From: Candidatus Omnitrophota bacterium
GTDB lineage: Bacteria; Omnitrophota; Gorgyraeia; Zapsychrales; Fredricksoniimonadaceae
Length of the DNA: 50,253 nucleotides
Assembly (NCBI GenBank): GCA_013286575.1
Contig: JABDFL010000005.1
Location: 1-50,253, forward strand
Direction: 5' to 3'
The translations under genes and the position numbers were made by a program. The stretch's first letter is position 1. Each line of letters opens with the position of its first letter. Positions 17,905-28,610 of the stretch are shown piece after piece. The notes under the pieces were generated by a model that saw only the letters and a program-made list of their open reading frames with translations, did no database searches and had not been told where the DNA came from.

Positions 17905-18292
17905 GGCCAAGGTCCTCAAGGCGGTTAAGCAAGCGTACCGTAAACTTGAAAAAAAAGGGCACTTTAAACTAAAGGGACACGTTGAGTGTCCCTTTTTGCC
18001 TTTTGCTCTTTCAATTGCCTTTGTCGGGACCAGGCGCATGCGCGCGGTCAATAAGAAATATTTAGGCCATGATTATGTGACCGATGTCCTGACTTTTGAT
18101 CTGGGGGAGGATGCAGGCGAAATAATCATCTGCCCGCAGGTCGCTTCCGCCAACGCCAGGGCGCATCAAACATCGACGGAAAATGAAATCATTCTATACG
18201 TGGTCCACGGCATCCTGCATCTGGCGGGTTACGATGATCACAAGCCGCATGACATCCTCCAAATGCGCAGGATGGAAAAAGAATTATTATGA
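17858..18292 (+). CDS. ybeY: rRNA maturation endoribonuclease YbeY
   Basis: NKKYLGHDYVTDVLTF and HGILHLAGYDDH. The start is placed at ATG 17858 (MEITLQN). Confidence 0.92.
   Translation: MEITLQNLQKKILIPKAKVLKAVKQAYRKLEKKGHFKLKGHVECPFLPFALSIAFVGTRRMRAVNKKYLGHDYVTDVLTFDLGEDAGEIIICPQVASANARAHQTSTENEIILYVVHGILHLAGYDDHKPHDILQMRRMEKELL
17949..17997. repeat. GGGACAC-type palindromic element within the ybeY reading frame
   Basis: AAAAAAAAGGGCACTTTAAACT followed by AAAGGGACAC-GTTGA-GTGTCCCTTTTT; shares both arms with the 5159-5192 palindrome. Confidence 0.7.
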
Positions 18293-18780
18293 AACGCGTC
18301 GCAGTCATAGCTGTGGTGTCTTACCTGGCCTTCGCCCTGGAGTTCCTTTTGTATAATTTTTGGGGGGAGTGGGGCAAGCCGGAGCTTTTGATTTTGGTGG
18401 TGATATTCTTTAATTTGTATCTGGGGATACGCTTTAGCATTATCGCGGCTGTTTTTTGCGGGATATTCAAAGATGCTTCAGGAGTAGCACCCTTTGGGAC
18501 CTATATTTTGGTGTACATTGCCGCTGCTTATTTCACAACACTCGTGCGCCGTTATTTGTATCAGCCGGGTTCAAGGTTTTCCAGGATCGTGGTCGTTTTT
18601 TTGGTTGTGGTCGGATGTTTTATCGTACAGGCCATTTTGACGAATATGAACCATGAACTCCGCTTAGGCGGCCAGTGGGTCTATCTTTTGGCCCCTCAGC
18701 TGCTGACAACAATGATAGCGGCCACCTATGTTTTTAGTCAGTTAAAAAATCTCAGCAATCTTTTTTCATTGAAGAACTAA
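18289..18780 (+). CDS. mreD: Rod shape-determining protein MreD
   Basis: 163-aa multi-TM protein with KPELLIL, GIFKD and PFG; directly upstream of PBP2. Confidence 0.8.
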   Translation: MKRVAVIAVVSYLAFALEFLLYNFWGEWGKPELLILVVIFFNLYLGIRFSIIAAVFCGIFKDASGVAPFGTYILVYIAAAYFTTLVRRYLYQPGSRFSRIVVVFLVVVGCFIVQAILTNMNHELRLGGQWVYLLAPQLLTTMIAATYVFSQLKNLSNLFSLKN

Positions 18781-18829
18781 GTTTTCTCTTTCGCCAACAA
18801 GTGTGGCGGTCGCCTAACAGAGAGTTAAT

Positions 18830-20542
18830 ATGCGCCTTAATTTTCTTCAATCGATCATTTTTTTCTCCCTGGGGCTGATCATCTGCGGTTTGTTTTATAT
18901 GCAGATCATCCGCGGCGATTACTATCACCTTCAAAGCATGAACAACCGTATCCGTGTCGTCCCTAGCGACGGGCCAAGGGGAAAGATTTTTGACCGCAAC
19001 GGCATACTTTTAGCGGGCAACCGCATTGTCTACCATGTGGGGGTCGTCCCCCAGGACGTGGAAGACAGGACGGCATTGTTTGTTTATTTGGGGCAGGTGC
19101 TTGATAGGAGCCCGGATTTTCTTGAGAGGCAATTCCAGCGCAAAGAAGTCGCCCCTTTTGCCCCTGTCATATTGGCGCAGGGCATTTCCCGTGAGATGGC
19201 GGTCAAGATCGAAGAGGAGAAATTTGTTTATCCGGGCCTTATTGTCCAGCAGGGCTATGAGCGTTATTATCCTCTTTCAGAGGCCGGGGCGCATGTGTTG
19301 GGGTATGTGGGAAAAATTGATGAAGATGAAATCGAGGACAATCAGCAATACGGCTATACGCCTTTGAGTTTCGTCGGAAAAACCGGTGTTGAAAAAAGGT
19401 ATGACGATGTTTTGCGGGGAGAGCCCGGAGGCCGCCAGATTGAAGTCGATAGCCGCGGCACACAGGTCCGTTTGCTTGGGCTAAAAGATCCCGTCCCGGG
19501 CAATGATGTGGTCCTGACCATTGACCAGCGCGTGCAAAATGCCGCGCAGGAATTATTGCAAGGCTATAGGGGGAGTATTGTGGTGATGGATTTGACTAAC
19601 GGGGATTTGATGTCGCTTGTCAGCTCTCCTTCGTATGACCCCAATGCTTTTTCAGATAAGAGCAAAAATCAAAATATAACCTCATACTTTAATGACCCTT
19701 CCACGCCTTTGATTAACCGCGCTGTTTCCGGCCAGTATCCGCCGGGTTCGGTATTTAAAATTCCGGTGGCCCTGGCGGCGATCCAACTTCACAAGATCAC
19801 GCCGTATACCACTTATGATTGTCCGGGGTATATGATGGTGGGTAAAAGGAGATTCGGCTGTTCACATGTGCATGGCGTGCAGGATTTAAGGGCTGCCCTG
19901 GCGCATTCCTGCAATGTTTTTTTCTTTCATGTCGGCCAGCTGGTGACCCCGCCCATCATCGGCGCCTTTGCCAGGGCCTTTGGATTAAATCGCCGGACAG
20001 GTGTTGACCTGCCTTTTGAGGCCAAAGGCAATATAGAGACAAAAGCCCCGGCGGGTGAATCATGGTACACGGGGGATGTTTTAAATTTGTCCATCGGCCA
20101 GGGGTACACATTGACCACCCCTTTGCAATTGACGGTGATGATGGGTGCGGTCGCCAATGACGGGGTCATTTTGCGTCCCCGTGTCGTAAAGCAAGTGGGA
20201 GGGATGGATGTCCCTGTCATGGATTTTTCTAAAAGGCCCCGGGTCAGGTTGCGTGATCAAACCTGGACAGTAGTACAGCAGGGATTAAAAGCAGTGGTGG
20301 ATGACCCGGAAGGTACGGGCCATGATTTAAAAGATGTTCCAGGGTTGGATATCTACGGCAAAACAGGGACTGCCCAAAGCGTCCGCGATAAACCCAATCA
20401 CGCATGGTTTGTCGGCTACACCAGGTCGCCTAAGGCGAGTATCGCTTTTTGTGTGTTTTTGGAGTATGGCGGGTCATCTGAAAATTCAGTCAGGATTGCC
20501 CGCGATTTGCTTTTAAAGCTCCAATCGTTACAAATTTTATAA
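18830..20542 (+). CDS. mrdA: Penicillin-binding protein 2
   Basis: RGKIFDRNG, R.YP, GKTGVE; SxxK in PPGSVFK, SCN, KTGTAQ. Confidence 0.93.
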   Translation: MRLNFLQSIIFFSLGLIICGLFYMQIIRGDYYHLQSMNNRIRVVPSDGPRGKIFDRNGILLAGNRIVYHVGVVPQDVEDRTALFVYLGQVLDRSPDFLERQFQRKEVAPFAPVILAQGISREMAVKIEEEKFVYPGLIVQQGYERYYPLSEAGAHVLGYVGKIDEDEIEDNQQYGYTPLSFVGKTGVEKRYDDVLRGEPGGRQIEVDSRGTQVRLLGLKDPVPGNDVVLTIDQRVQNAAQELLQGYRGSIVVMDLTNGDLMSLVSSPSYDPNAFSDKSKNQNITSYFNDPSTPLINRAVSGQYPPGSVFKIPVALAAIQLHKITPYTTYDCPGYMMVGKRRFGCSHVHGVQDLRAALAHSCNVFFFHVGQLVTPPIIGAFARAFGLNRRTGVDLPFEAKGNIETKAPAGESWYTGDVLNLSIGQGYTLTTPLQLTVMMGAVANDGVILRPRVVKQVGGMDVPVMDFSKRPRVRLRDQTWTVVQQGLKAVVDDPEGTGHDLKDVPGLDIYGKTGTAQSVRDKPNHAWFVGYTRSPKASIAFCVFLEYGGSSENSVRIARDLLLKLQSLQIL

Positions 20543-20611
20543 TTAAAATATGGGAGAAAATAGTGGAAGATGTCATTAACGATGTTAAAATAATTCTTAA
20601 ATCAAGAAAAT

Positions 20612-23506
20612 ATGACGAATAAATTATTCCCCCTATATCTAGCCATTGCATTGTCTTTTGCGCCTGGTATTGCTGCTTTTGCCGGTACATCTCCGGTGTC
20701 AGAGGCCCAAGTGTCTCCTATCGTATTTGCTGCGGGCACCAGCAAAGAGGACGTTGATAAACAGGTAAAAGAGATCTACGACGAGGCAGTCAAGTTATAT
20801 AAAAGTAAGGATTTTGCCGAAGCCCAGAAGAAGTTTGAAGAAATTAACCTGGTCATTCCTGATTATAAAGCCACGGTCAAATATTTGGACCGTATTGATA
20901 AGCAACGTCAGGCCCAACTCAAAAGGCAGGACCTCCAGCGGCAGCAGGAATTAGAATTAAAAGAACGCCGGCACGCAGAAGATATTGAACGTCAGGAGGC
21001 GCAAGAGCTTAAAGATAAGAATGACCGGGCCCAAAAGATCTACGACCAGGCCTTGAATTTATACCGTGACCGCCAATGGGAAGCGTCCCGCTCCCAATTT
21101 GAATCTCTTGAAAAGGCCTTCCCTGGTTTTAAACACACCCATCGATATCTGCAGAAGCTGGAAATTCTTATTGCAAAGAACCCCGGGCCCAAGCCAGCGG
21201 CTGTTATCGCAGTGGTACCGGCGCCTGTCGTCAAAATACCCGCGGCGCCGGCAGCCCCAGCGGGCAGTAATGACACCATTGAGGCCCAGCAAAAACAAGC
21301 GCAAGATATTGCGGCATTAGCCGCAAAATCAGCACAACTTTATCGCCAGATCTCCGGCATTGCCGATGACAGGCCGACCACGCTGACAAAGGAAAAAATG
21401 GCCAAGGTCGATGAGATATTAAATACGTTGAAGGAAAACAAGGAACGCCTTGTCAGTCAAATGCGTGAGGCAGAATTGAAACGCCAGCAAGAGGAGTTGA
21501 AAGTCCGCCAGGCGCAGGAACAGGCCAGGCAGGACGAGATCAGGGCTGAACAGGAAAAACTGAAGGACGCGTCTGAAAGAAAGTACCAGGAAGCGCAGAA
21601 ATATTTTGGTTTGCATGAGTATGAAAAAGCTAAAATTAAATTTTTGGAATTGGAAAATATTAACCCTAATTATAAAGACACGCGTTCTTGTTTGAGTTTC
21701 ATTGAAGAATATCAAAAGCAGGAAAGTGTTAAGGAAGCAACAGCCCGTGAACAAAAAGAGGCGGAGCTTTTAAAGCAGTTACAGGACAAAGAAAAAGCCG
21801 ATAAACTGCTTCGTATCCAGCAGGAGCAACAGGAACAACGCGATAGGGAAATACAGGAACATAATAGAGAACTGCAGGAGCAGCAGGAAGAGCATGATAG
21901 GGCCGTCAAAGAAGAGCGCGATAGGGAAGCGCAAGAACAGGTGGATTTGCAGAACCTGGCCCAAAAGGCCTCTGATATCAACGATGATATCATCCGCCTC
22001 TCCCACCAGCAGGATTACGAAGCCATGACAGGGAAGTTTACGGAATTGGAAAATACAGTCACCGCTTTGTCGACGCTTAAAGACAAAATAGCAAGAGAGA
22101 AACAACAGAGGGCCCAGGAACAGAGGGCCGCGCAAATTTCTGCGCAGGAGAGGCGAAATAGGATCATAGAATACCATTTGGTAAAAGGGTCTACCGATGT
22201 AGAACATTTCAAGCGCATTGAAGTTATGCAGGAACAGAATGTGTTATATGATGAAGCCGTTGACCGTTATGAGCATAGGAAGTATACCCAGGCCAAGCTT
22301 TTGTTTGATGAGTTGGCTGAGCAGAATGATCACCGGGCTGAATTTTGGCTTGCAAGGGTGGACCGTGCCATTACCCATGAGCTTTTAAGAAGCAAGGAAG
22401 GCGAAGAGAGGGAACGTACGGCATTTTTAGCTGATCAAATACAAGCCCAGCGTGAATTGATCACTATTCAGCAACGCGAACGTCAGCGCCAAAAGCAATT
22501 GACTGAAGAATTCGAACGCCAGAAACGCTTTTATGAGGATGATCATTTGTTGGAGTTGCGTAAAGAAGAAATGTTGAAGGCCCAGGTGCGTGAACGCCAG
22601 TCCCAGGAAGCTAAACGTTTGAAGCTGGAAAAAGAAAATGAAAAGCAGCAGGAGGCCCTTCGTTTTCATAAAATCATTCTTAAACCTAAACCTAAACCAG
22701 AAGTTAAACCTCCGGCGCCGGTTGTCCCTAAGCCTCAGCCCGTTGTTGTACCTGTTGTTCATGCGCCTGTAGCGGCCGTTCCCAAAATTGTTGTTTTGTC
22801 GCCTGCGGCCATGGCTGATGCCCGTCGGGCAAAGATAAAAGCCCTGGCTGATGCCCATCAACAACGCATCGAAGAAAGGCAAAGGGAAATAGAGCGTCGG
22901 AAGGAATTAAGGGCCCAGCGCCAGGCAGAGCGTCAGGCAAGGATAAGAGCACAAGTGGAGGCCAGGGAAAAGATTAAAGAAGAAAGGCGCAAAGAAATAG
23001 AACATCAGAGGGCATTAAAGCTCGAGCTTGCGCAAGCCCAGGCCGAAAAATCAGCGCAGGAGAAAAAACATAGGGAAGAAATTTTGTCTCAGGAGGCCCA
23101 GGAACGCGAAGAAAGGGCCAAGCAGGATGAGATCCTGCGTGAGGAGGCCCAACGCCGTCAGGAGCTGGAGGCCCAAGAGCGTCAGCGTCAGGCCCAACTG
23201 GAAGCCCAGCGTGAAGCTGTCCGTAAAGAACTGGAAGATGGTGTCGAGGGGATGTACCAGGAAGCTTTGAGTTTATATAAACAGGGGGACTATGCGGCAG
23301 CTGCGGATAAATTTAAAGATGTTCAGGACATTTTTCCCGGATATAAAAACTCAGCACAATATATGGACGAGGCCCGCCGAAAATCTTTAACTGTAAATTC
23401 CCGGCCTGTCAGTATCCCTGTTGCGTCCAATCCCCCTTCAACACCTGTATCCCATGATGATAGTGTTTCCAAAGCATTAGATTTATTCGATCCTAATGCC
23501 AAATAA
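20612..23506 (+). CDS. Exported 964-aa coiled-coil protein with dispersed TPR-like modules
   Basis: Signal peptide; five Y..A..LY....Y..A...F-like helical hairpins (four ending in P.Y/FK) separated by E/Q/R/K-rich helices and Pro/Val-rich hinges. Confidence 0.8.
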   Translation: MTNKLFPLYLAIALSFAPGIAAFAGTSPVSEAQVSPIVFAAGTSKEDVDKQVKEIYDEAVKLYKSKDFAEAQKKFEEINLVIPDYKATVKYLDRIDKQRQAQLKRQDLQRQQELELKERRHAEDIERQEAQELKDKNDRAQKIYDQALNLYRDRQWEASRSQFESLEKAFPGFKHTHRYLQKLEILIAKNPGPKPAAVIAVVPAPVVKIPAAPAAPAGSNDTIEAQQKQAQDIAALAAKSAQLYRQISGIADDRPTTLTKEKMAKVDEILNTLKENKERLVSQMREAELKRQQEELKVRQAQEQARQDEIRAEQEKLKDASERKYQEAQKYFGLHEYEKAKIKFLELENINPNYKDTRSCLSFIEEYQKQESVKEATAREQKEAELLKQLQDKEKADKLLRIQQEQQEQRDREIQEHNRELQEQQEEHDRAVKEERDREAQEQVDLQNLAQKASDINDDIIRLSHQQDYEAMTGKFTELENTVTALSTLKDKIAREKQQRAQEQRAAQISAQERRNRIIEYHLVKGSTDVEHFKRIEVMQEQNVLYDEAVDRYEHRKYTQAKLLFDELAEQNDHRAEFWLARVDRAITHELLRSKEGEERERTAFLADQIQAQRELITIQQRERQRQKQLTEEFERQKRFYEDDHLLELRKEEMLKAQVRERQSQEAKRLKLEKENEKQQEALRFHKIILKPKPKPEVKPPAPVVPKPQPVVVPVVHAPVAAVPKIVVLSPAAMADARRAKIKALADAHQQRIEERQREIERRKELRAQRQAERQARIRAQVEAREKIKEERRKEIEHQRALKLELAQAQAEKSAQEKKHREEILSQEAQEREERAKQDEILREEAQRRQELEAQERQRQAQLEAQREAVRKELEDGVEGMYQEALSLYKQGDYAAAADKFKDVQDIFPGYKNSAQYMDEARRKSLTVNSRPVSIPVASNPPSTPVSHDDSVSKALDLFDPNAK

Positions 23507-25553
23507 TCCGCAATTTACAAACCATCTTATTAACGAAAAAAGTCCTTACCTGCTGCAACATGCCCATAATCCGGTTGATTGGCATCCTTGGGGTAAGGCT
23601 GCTTTTGATAAAGCTAAACTTGAGGACAAGCCGGTTTTATTGTCGATCGGTTATTCCACCTGCCACTGGTGCCACGTGATGGCCCATGAAAGCTTTGAAG
23701 ATGAGGGCATCTCAAAAATTATTAATGAACATTTTATTGCCATTAAGGTTGACCGTGAAGAGCGGCCTGACATCGACCATATTTATATGACAGCCGTGAC
23801 CGCCATGAGGGCCCAAGGCGGATGGCCATTGACTGTTTTTTTAACGCCGCAGGGAGATCCCTTTTACGGGGGGACGTATTTCCCGCCTTATGCCAAATGG
23901 GGGAGTCCTGGTTTTATAGATTTGCTTAATTCAATAGCGGCAGGGTGGGCATCAGACCGTGACAATATTTTATCTTCCGGCCTCTCTATTACAGAAGGCC
24001 TGCGTCAGCACGCGCAAAGTACATCGCCTTCCGGGGCCATGGATGAAACGCTTCCCGACAAAGCGTTCCGGCAAATGAGAGGGCAGTTTGATTCCGCCAA
24101 CGGGGGTTTCGGATCTGCCCCTAAATTTCCGATGGGGCATAACTTGTCATTTTTATTGCGTTATGACAAGCGCTGTTCGTCGCCGGAAGCTTTGGGCATG
24201 GTTGAGAAAACTTTGACGGCGATGGCCCGCGGTGGCATATGGGACCATTTAGGCGGAGGTTTTCACCGGTATTCAACAGACCAGAATTGGCATGTGCCGC
24301 ATTTTGAAAAAATGCTTTATGACCAGGCCCTATTGTCCAGGGCCTACCTGGAAGGCTATCAGGTCACCGGATCCGGGGAATATTCTAAAGTCGCGCGCGA
24401 AATTCTCGATTATGTGTTAAGCCGCATGACAGACAAGGCAGGCGGTTTTTATTCTGCCGAAGATGCAGACAGCTTTGATGCCGTCGGCGGACATTTAAAA
24501 GAAGGGGCTTATTATGTTTTTTCGAAACCTGAAATCGAAGAAGCATTGGGCAAGGAGGCGGCCGCGGTTTTTAATTATTGTTATGGCGTCTTGCCGCAAG
24601 GCAATGCGGCTTTTGATCCCCACGGGGAATTCAGCGGGAAAAACATATTATATCGGGCCCATGGTTTAGAAGATGCCGCCCAAGAGTTTAAAAAGCAGGC
24701 CATCGAAATTCAGGATATACTTAAAGAAAGCAGCTTTAAGTTATTGGCATTACGCGCTTCGAGGCCGCGCCCGCACCTGGATGACAAAGTTTTGTGCGAT
24801 TGGAACGGTTTGATGATTGCAAGTTTCGCTTTTGCCAGCCGTGTTTTGGGAGAACCAAAATATGCCGGGGCCGCTCTTAAGGCCGCTGATTTTATTTTGG
24901 GGCAGATGATGCCGGACGGCCGCCTTTTGCACCGTTGGCGGGAAGGTGCTGCAGGAATCCAGGCAACTCTTGAGGATTACGCTTTTTTCATTTATGGCCT
25001 TGTGGAGCTGTATGAAGCCACCTTTCAAGTGAGGTATCTTGAAGCGGCCCGAGTTTTGGCGGATAAGATGATTGAATTTTTTGCCGATCAGGCGGGGGGT
25101 TTTTATATGACGGCCGCAGATGCCGAGCGTTTAATTATACGGCCCAAGGATATTTATGACGGGGCTTTGCCTTCCGGAAATTCAGTCGCTGCCTTAAGTT
25201 TACTGAAGCTGTATGCTTTTACTAAAAAAGACGCTTACCAGTCCCAGGTTGAAGCTTTGTTTGGCTGTTTCGCTTCCTCTTTGGCCCAAGCCCCTTACGC
25301 GCATAGTTTTTTATTGTCCGCTTTTGACTGGCATTTACAGGGTCCTTTGGAAATTGCCCTTCAGGGGCCGGAGGGTGATGCGGCGGTTGCTAAAATGCTG
25401 AAAGTATTGTATAAACATTTTATACCCAATAAAGCCCTTAAATTTATGCCGGCTTTGAAGGGGGCAGAAGCACAAATTTGTTATCGCGGCACTTGCCGTG
25501 CGCCTATCGGAAACGTGAGTGTTTTGGAACAGGAACTTTTAACGGGGTATTGA
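23496..25553 (+). CDS. Thioredoxin-domain protein, YyaL/SSP411 (DUF255) family
   Basis: [56 protein letters not shown]. Confidence 0.92.
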   Translation: MPNNPQFTNHLINEKSPYLLQHAHNPVDWHPWGKAAFDKAKLEDKPVLLSIGYSTCHWCHVMAHESFEDEGISKIINEHFIAIKVDREERPDIDHIYMTAVTAMRAQGGWPLTVFLTPQGDPFYGGTYFPPYAKWGSPGFIDLLNSIAAGWASDRDNILSSGLSITEGLRQHAQSTSPSGAMDETLPDKAFRQMRGQFDSANGGFGSAPKFPMGHNLSFLLRYDKRCSSPEALGMVEKTLTAMARGGIWDHLGGGFHRYSTDQNWHVPHFEKMLYDQALLSRAYLEGYQVTGSGEYSKVAREILDYVLSRMTDKAGGFYSAEDADSFDAVGGHLKEGAYYVFSKPEIEEALGKEAAAVFNYCYGVLPQGNAAFDPHGEFSGKNILYRAHGLEDAAQEFKKQAIEIQDILKESSFKLLALRASRPRPHLDDKVLCDWNGLMIASFAFASRVLGEPKYAGAALKAADFILGQMMPDGRLLHRWREGAAGIQATLEDYAFFIYGLVELYEATFQVRYLEAARVLADKMIEFFADQAGGFYMTAADAERLIIRPKDIYDGALPSGNSVAALSLLKLYAFTKKDAYQSQVEALFGCFASSLAQAPYAHSFLLSAFDWHLQGPLEIALQGPEGDAAVAKMLKVLYKHFIPNKALKFMPALKGAEAQICYRGTCRAPIGNVSVLEQELLTGY

Positions 25554-26215
25554 TGATGAAGGGACAAGCTGCTTTATTTATCTTATTTATCCTTACGCTG
25601 ATAGCAGGGCTTTTTGCTTATTTTATCCCGAGACAGCCCCCCATGAACCCTTTGAAATACGCGATGGATTTCAGTGGTTTTAACGGCACCGAGCAATCTA
25701 ACATTAAAAAATCCCAGCAGTTGAATATAACGACGGACAAGGGGATCCTTAAAGTCCGTCAAGAAATTGATGATATTATCCAAGAGCAAAAGAAAATTGA
25801 AGACATGATCAAGGATGAGCAACAAGGCTTGCAAGACACCGACAAACAGGTCTCTGACCTGATGAGGCAGGAGGGCGCAAACAGCGGTCAAGATGCGTTA
25901 AGACTTAAAGCTTTGGGGATGGAAATACAGGATGACCAGCGCCTTTTAGTGGTCCGTGGACAGGCATTGATTAATTTAAACAATCAATTGACCCAAACCA
26001 GGCAATTGCTTTCACAGCAGAGGGACGTGGTCAATATTAATACAGAATCTTCTTTTCAGTCGTTGCATGACCATAATGTATCACTTAATGACCAGTCCTC
26101 CTTTTCATTTGATAAGGTGAAACAGCAAAATGACGATGCCCTGCAACGCTCCCGGGACTCGATAGATCAAGAACGCCAAAAGGCCCAAGACCAGCAAGAC
26201 CAGCGAAACCAGTAA
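25553..26215 (+). CDS. Membrane-anchored Gln/Asp-rich coiled-coil hypothetical protein
   Basis: ATG overlaps the upstream TGA; N-terminal hydrophobic helix [24 protein letters not shown], then heptad-like Q/D/L-rich sequence. Confidence 0.7.
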   Translation: MMKGQAALFILFILTLIAGLFAYFIPRQPPMNPLKYAMDFSGFNGTEQSNIKKSQQLNITTDKGILKVRQEIDDIIQEQKKIEDMIKDEQQGLQDTDKQVSDLMRQEGANSGQDALRLKALGMEIQDDQRLLVVRGQALINLNNQLTQTRQLLSQQRDVVNINTESSFQSLHDHNVSLNDQSSFSFDKVKQQNDDALQRSRDSIDQERQKAQDQQDQRNQ

Positions 26216-26219
26216 ATCT

Positions 26220-27641
26220 ATGAGAATTATCAAGGTCATTTTCTTAAGTTTGTTAGCTTTAGTTTTGGTCCTTGGGACCGGTGTTTTCATTTTTTTTCAG
26301 ACTTTTGACACAGACCAATACCTTCCTCAAATCACCCGGAAGGCCGCCCTTGCTTTAGGGCGGCCGGTTTCCATAGGGCATCTGTGGCTTGGTCTTTCTT
26401 CACGGGGAATCACCCTGGATGCAGGGCCTTTGATCATCGCGGATGATCAGGACTTTACTACACAACCATTTGTTAAAGTTGACATGGTCCGTATCAGTTT
26501 TGATTTAAAGTCTTTAATTTTTCAGCGGCAAATCCATATAACAGGCATTCTTCTTCAGTCACCTCAAATTCATTTTATACGTTCCCAGGAAGGGAATATC
26601 AATGCCCGGACCATCGGTCAGGCGGGCCAGCAACCTGCCCTGCCAACGGCGGGATATGCCGGTGATAATACCGTCCTTGGCAATAGCGGCGTTTCTGTAT
26701 CTTCCGGCACCGGCAGTCCCAATGTTGCATTGAAGCAACGCGCCGTATTTCCGGCTGTAAACATCAAGTCTTTAAAAATACGGGATGCTTCCATTTCATT
26801 TATTGATCAAAGCCAGGGCATGCCTTTGGATATTTGGCTGTCGGATATCAATGCAAGCCTGGAGGGTTCTTCACTCTTAAAGCCTTTGAGATTATCATTT
26901 GATGCTTCTTTGTACAGCAATGCCCCCAATGTGCAGGGCAGCGCTCTTCTGTCATTGGATTTATCAAAACGGTCTGTTCAGATAAGTGACCTAAGCCTGC
27001 ATATGGATTTGTCCCATTTGGACCGTGACCAGCTTAAAGGCATTTCCCCCGAGATACCGCAGGACAGTCCTGTTTTTAAGAACATCTCAGGGGTTGTGCA
27101 ATTAAATTTGGCCCATTTAGGGACTGGATCTTCCGGAGATTTTGAGACCAATGGGGACATCGCTATCACAGGCGTAGTTATTAAGGACTTTAACATCATT
27201 AATGAGGTTTTGTCCCATACGCTCGGGGTTTTCGGTAATGTGGAAAGCGTTATCGACAATCTTTTGAACGGCCGGTTAAAAGACGCCTTAGGGGCAAAGG
27301 ACACCGTTATAGAAAAGGCAGGGGCCCAATTTTCTTATCATGACAAAACTGTTTTTATCGACAATGCTCTGGTTAAAACCAATATTTTTGAATTTACGGC
27401 CCAAGGTTCGGTGGGCCGGGGATTTAATATGGATATGCAAACCGTGCTTCATCTCAACAGTGATGTTTCCGCTGCTTTAGCCAATGGGCTTGATGGATTA
27501 AAGTTTTTGTGCGATGATGATAAGCGTATTACCATAGATGCAAGCCTCAAAGGTGCTTATCCTCATTTGAAGTATAAACCGAATAAAGATTTTAGAAAGA
27601 AGATCAAGAGAGCATTTATTTATAACATCCCTTTCTTATGA
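26220..27641 (+). CDS. AsmA-family protein
   Basis: N-terminal TM, FDTDQYLPQI...ALGRPVSIG, beta-rich body, LQSPQIHFIR. Confidence 0.75.
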   Translation: MRIIKVIFLSLLALVLVLGTGVFIFFQTFDTDQYLPQITRKAALALGRPVSIGHLWLGLSSRGITLDAGPLIIADDQDFTTQPFVKVDMVRISFDLKSLIFQRQIHITGILLQSPQIHFIRSQEGNINARTIGQAGQQPALPTAGYAGDNTVLGNSGVSVSSGTGSPNVALKQRAVFPAVNIKSLKIRDASISFIDQSQGMPLDIWLSDINASLEGSSLLKPLRLSFDASLYSNAPNVQGSALLSLDLSKRSVQISDLSLHMDLSHLDRDQLKGISPEIPQDSPVFKNISGVVQLNLAHLGTGSSGDFETNGDIAITGVVIKDFNIINEVLSHTLGVFGNVESVIDNLLNGRLKDALGAKDTVIEKAGAQFSYHDKTVFIDNALVKTNIFEFTAQGSVGRGFNMDMQTVLHLNSDVSAALANGLDGLKFLCDDDKRITIDASLKGAYPHLKYKPNKDFRKKIKRAFIYNIPFL

Positions 27642-27666
27642 GGGAAACCGGGTAGAGGGTGACATA

Positions 27667-28092
27667 TTGCCATGTTCCGACAGCTCTTCGGGGCTTAATA
27701 TACGCTTAGATTTAAACGAGCGGCTGGTCAAATTCGATTTCGCCAAAATCACCTGTTCCAGTGAAATCGGGGGCGGTAAAAATTTGTCCCAATTTTGTGC
27801 CGGGAAAACGTTAGAAGAAGTGCTTGGGCTCGACTTTCGAATGTTAGTTACCGCCTTAAACCTTTTTGCCGATGAGGAAGCCCAGTTTATTTTGTATATG
27901 GAATTAGACGCCCTAAAAGCAGCTGTCGCGCAGTACTTGGGAGTTGAACGTGAGGGTGTTGATATCGAACGCTGCAAAATATCTTCCGTCGAACAAGGCG
28001 ATGAATTCATCGACATCGCGCTGGTGATCCTGCCCCCCAAAGAACTCCCCAAAATCCTACCCTGCAGTCTCAGTGACCGTAAAGATAATTGA
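27667..28092 (+). CDS. Hypothetical protein (start uncertain)
   Basis: 141-aa ORF with protein-like composition and five Cys; TTG start, and the frame stays open back to 27571. Confidence 0.6.
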   Translation: MPCSDSSSGLNIRLDLNERLVKFDFAKITCSSEIGGGKNLSQFCAGKTLEEVLGLDFRMLVTALNLFADEEAQFILYMELDALKAAVAQYLGVEREGVDIERCKISSVEQGDEFIDIALVILPPKELPKILPCSLSDRKDN

Positions 28093-28110
28093 TCCCGTAG
28101 GTGTGTCGTG

Positions 28111-28605
28111 TTAAGTCTTTTCTTGCCCGCGGGTGATGAGGATTTTTCCGGTGCGGATCATTTCTAAGACGCCGTATTTCTTGATGAGGGCCTCGAACTC
28201 ATCGAGCTCAAGGGTGGTCCCTGTCTGTTCGATGATGTAACAGCCTTCTGAGGCATCGTCGATGCGGACGTGGAACTTACGGGCGTTTTTAGCCACAAAC
28301 GCTTTGACGGCAGGGGAAGCCTTGGTTTTAAGCAGGGCCAGCTCTTTTTCCACGGTGTTGGCCGGATGCTCTTCGCAATGGATGACGTCAATGAGCTTAT
28401 TGACGTTTTTGATGATTTGTTCCAGGGTTTCCAGGTCGCCTTTGGCAGTGATGGTCATGCGTGAAAATTTAGGGTTGATCGTGGGCGAGACCACCAGGGA
28501 ATTGATATTATAACCGCGCCGGGCAAACACCAGCGCAATCCGGACAAGCACGCCCGGCTTATTGGCCACTAAGACGCTGATTGTATGTAAGGGAAGTGTA
28601 TCCAT
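28111..28605 (-). CDS. ilvN: Acetolactate synthase small (regulatory) subunit
   Basis: ACT domain HTISVLVANKPGVLVRIALVFARRGYNINSL; EMIRTG. Confidence 0.95.
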   Translation of the reverse strand: MDTLPLHTISVLVANKPGVLVRIALVFARRGYNINSLVVSPTINPKFSRMTITAKGDLETLEQIIKNVNKLIDVIHCEEHPANTVEKELALLKTKASPAVKAFVAKNARKFHVRIDDASEGCYIIEQTGTTLELDEFEALIKKYGVLEMIRTGKILITRGQEKT

Positions 28606-28610
28606 ATTTT

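Noticed and set aside
21700-23230. Repetitive CAGGA/GAGC-rich DNA as a CRISPR array or tandem repeat
   Set aside because: It reflects E/Q/R-rich coiled-coil codons in an open frame; there are no fixed-length repeats with unique spacers.
26619-26654. CCTGCC/GGCGGG mini-hairpins within asmA (QAGQQPALPTAG) as another in-frame repeat insertion
   Set aside because: The stems are short and imperfect and could arise by chance in a low-complexity linker; an ortholog alignment is needed.
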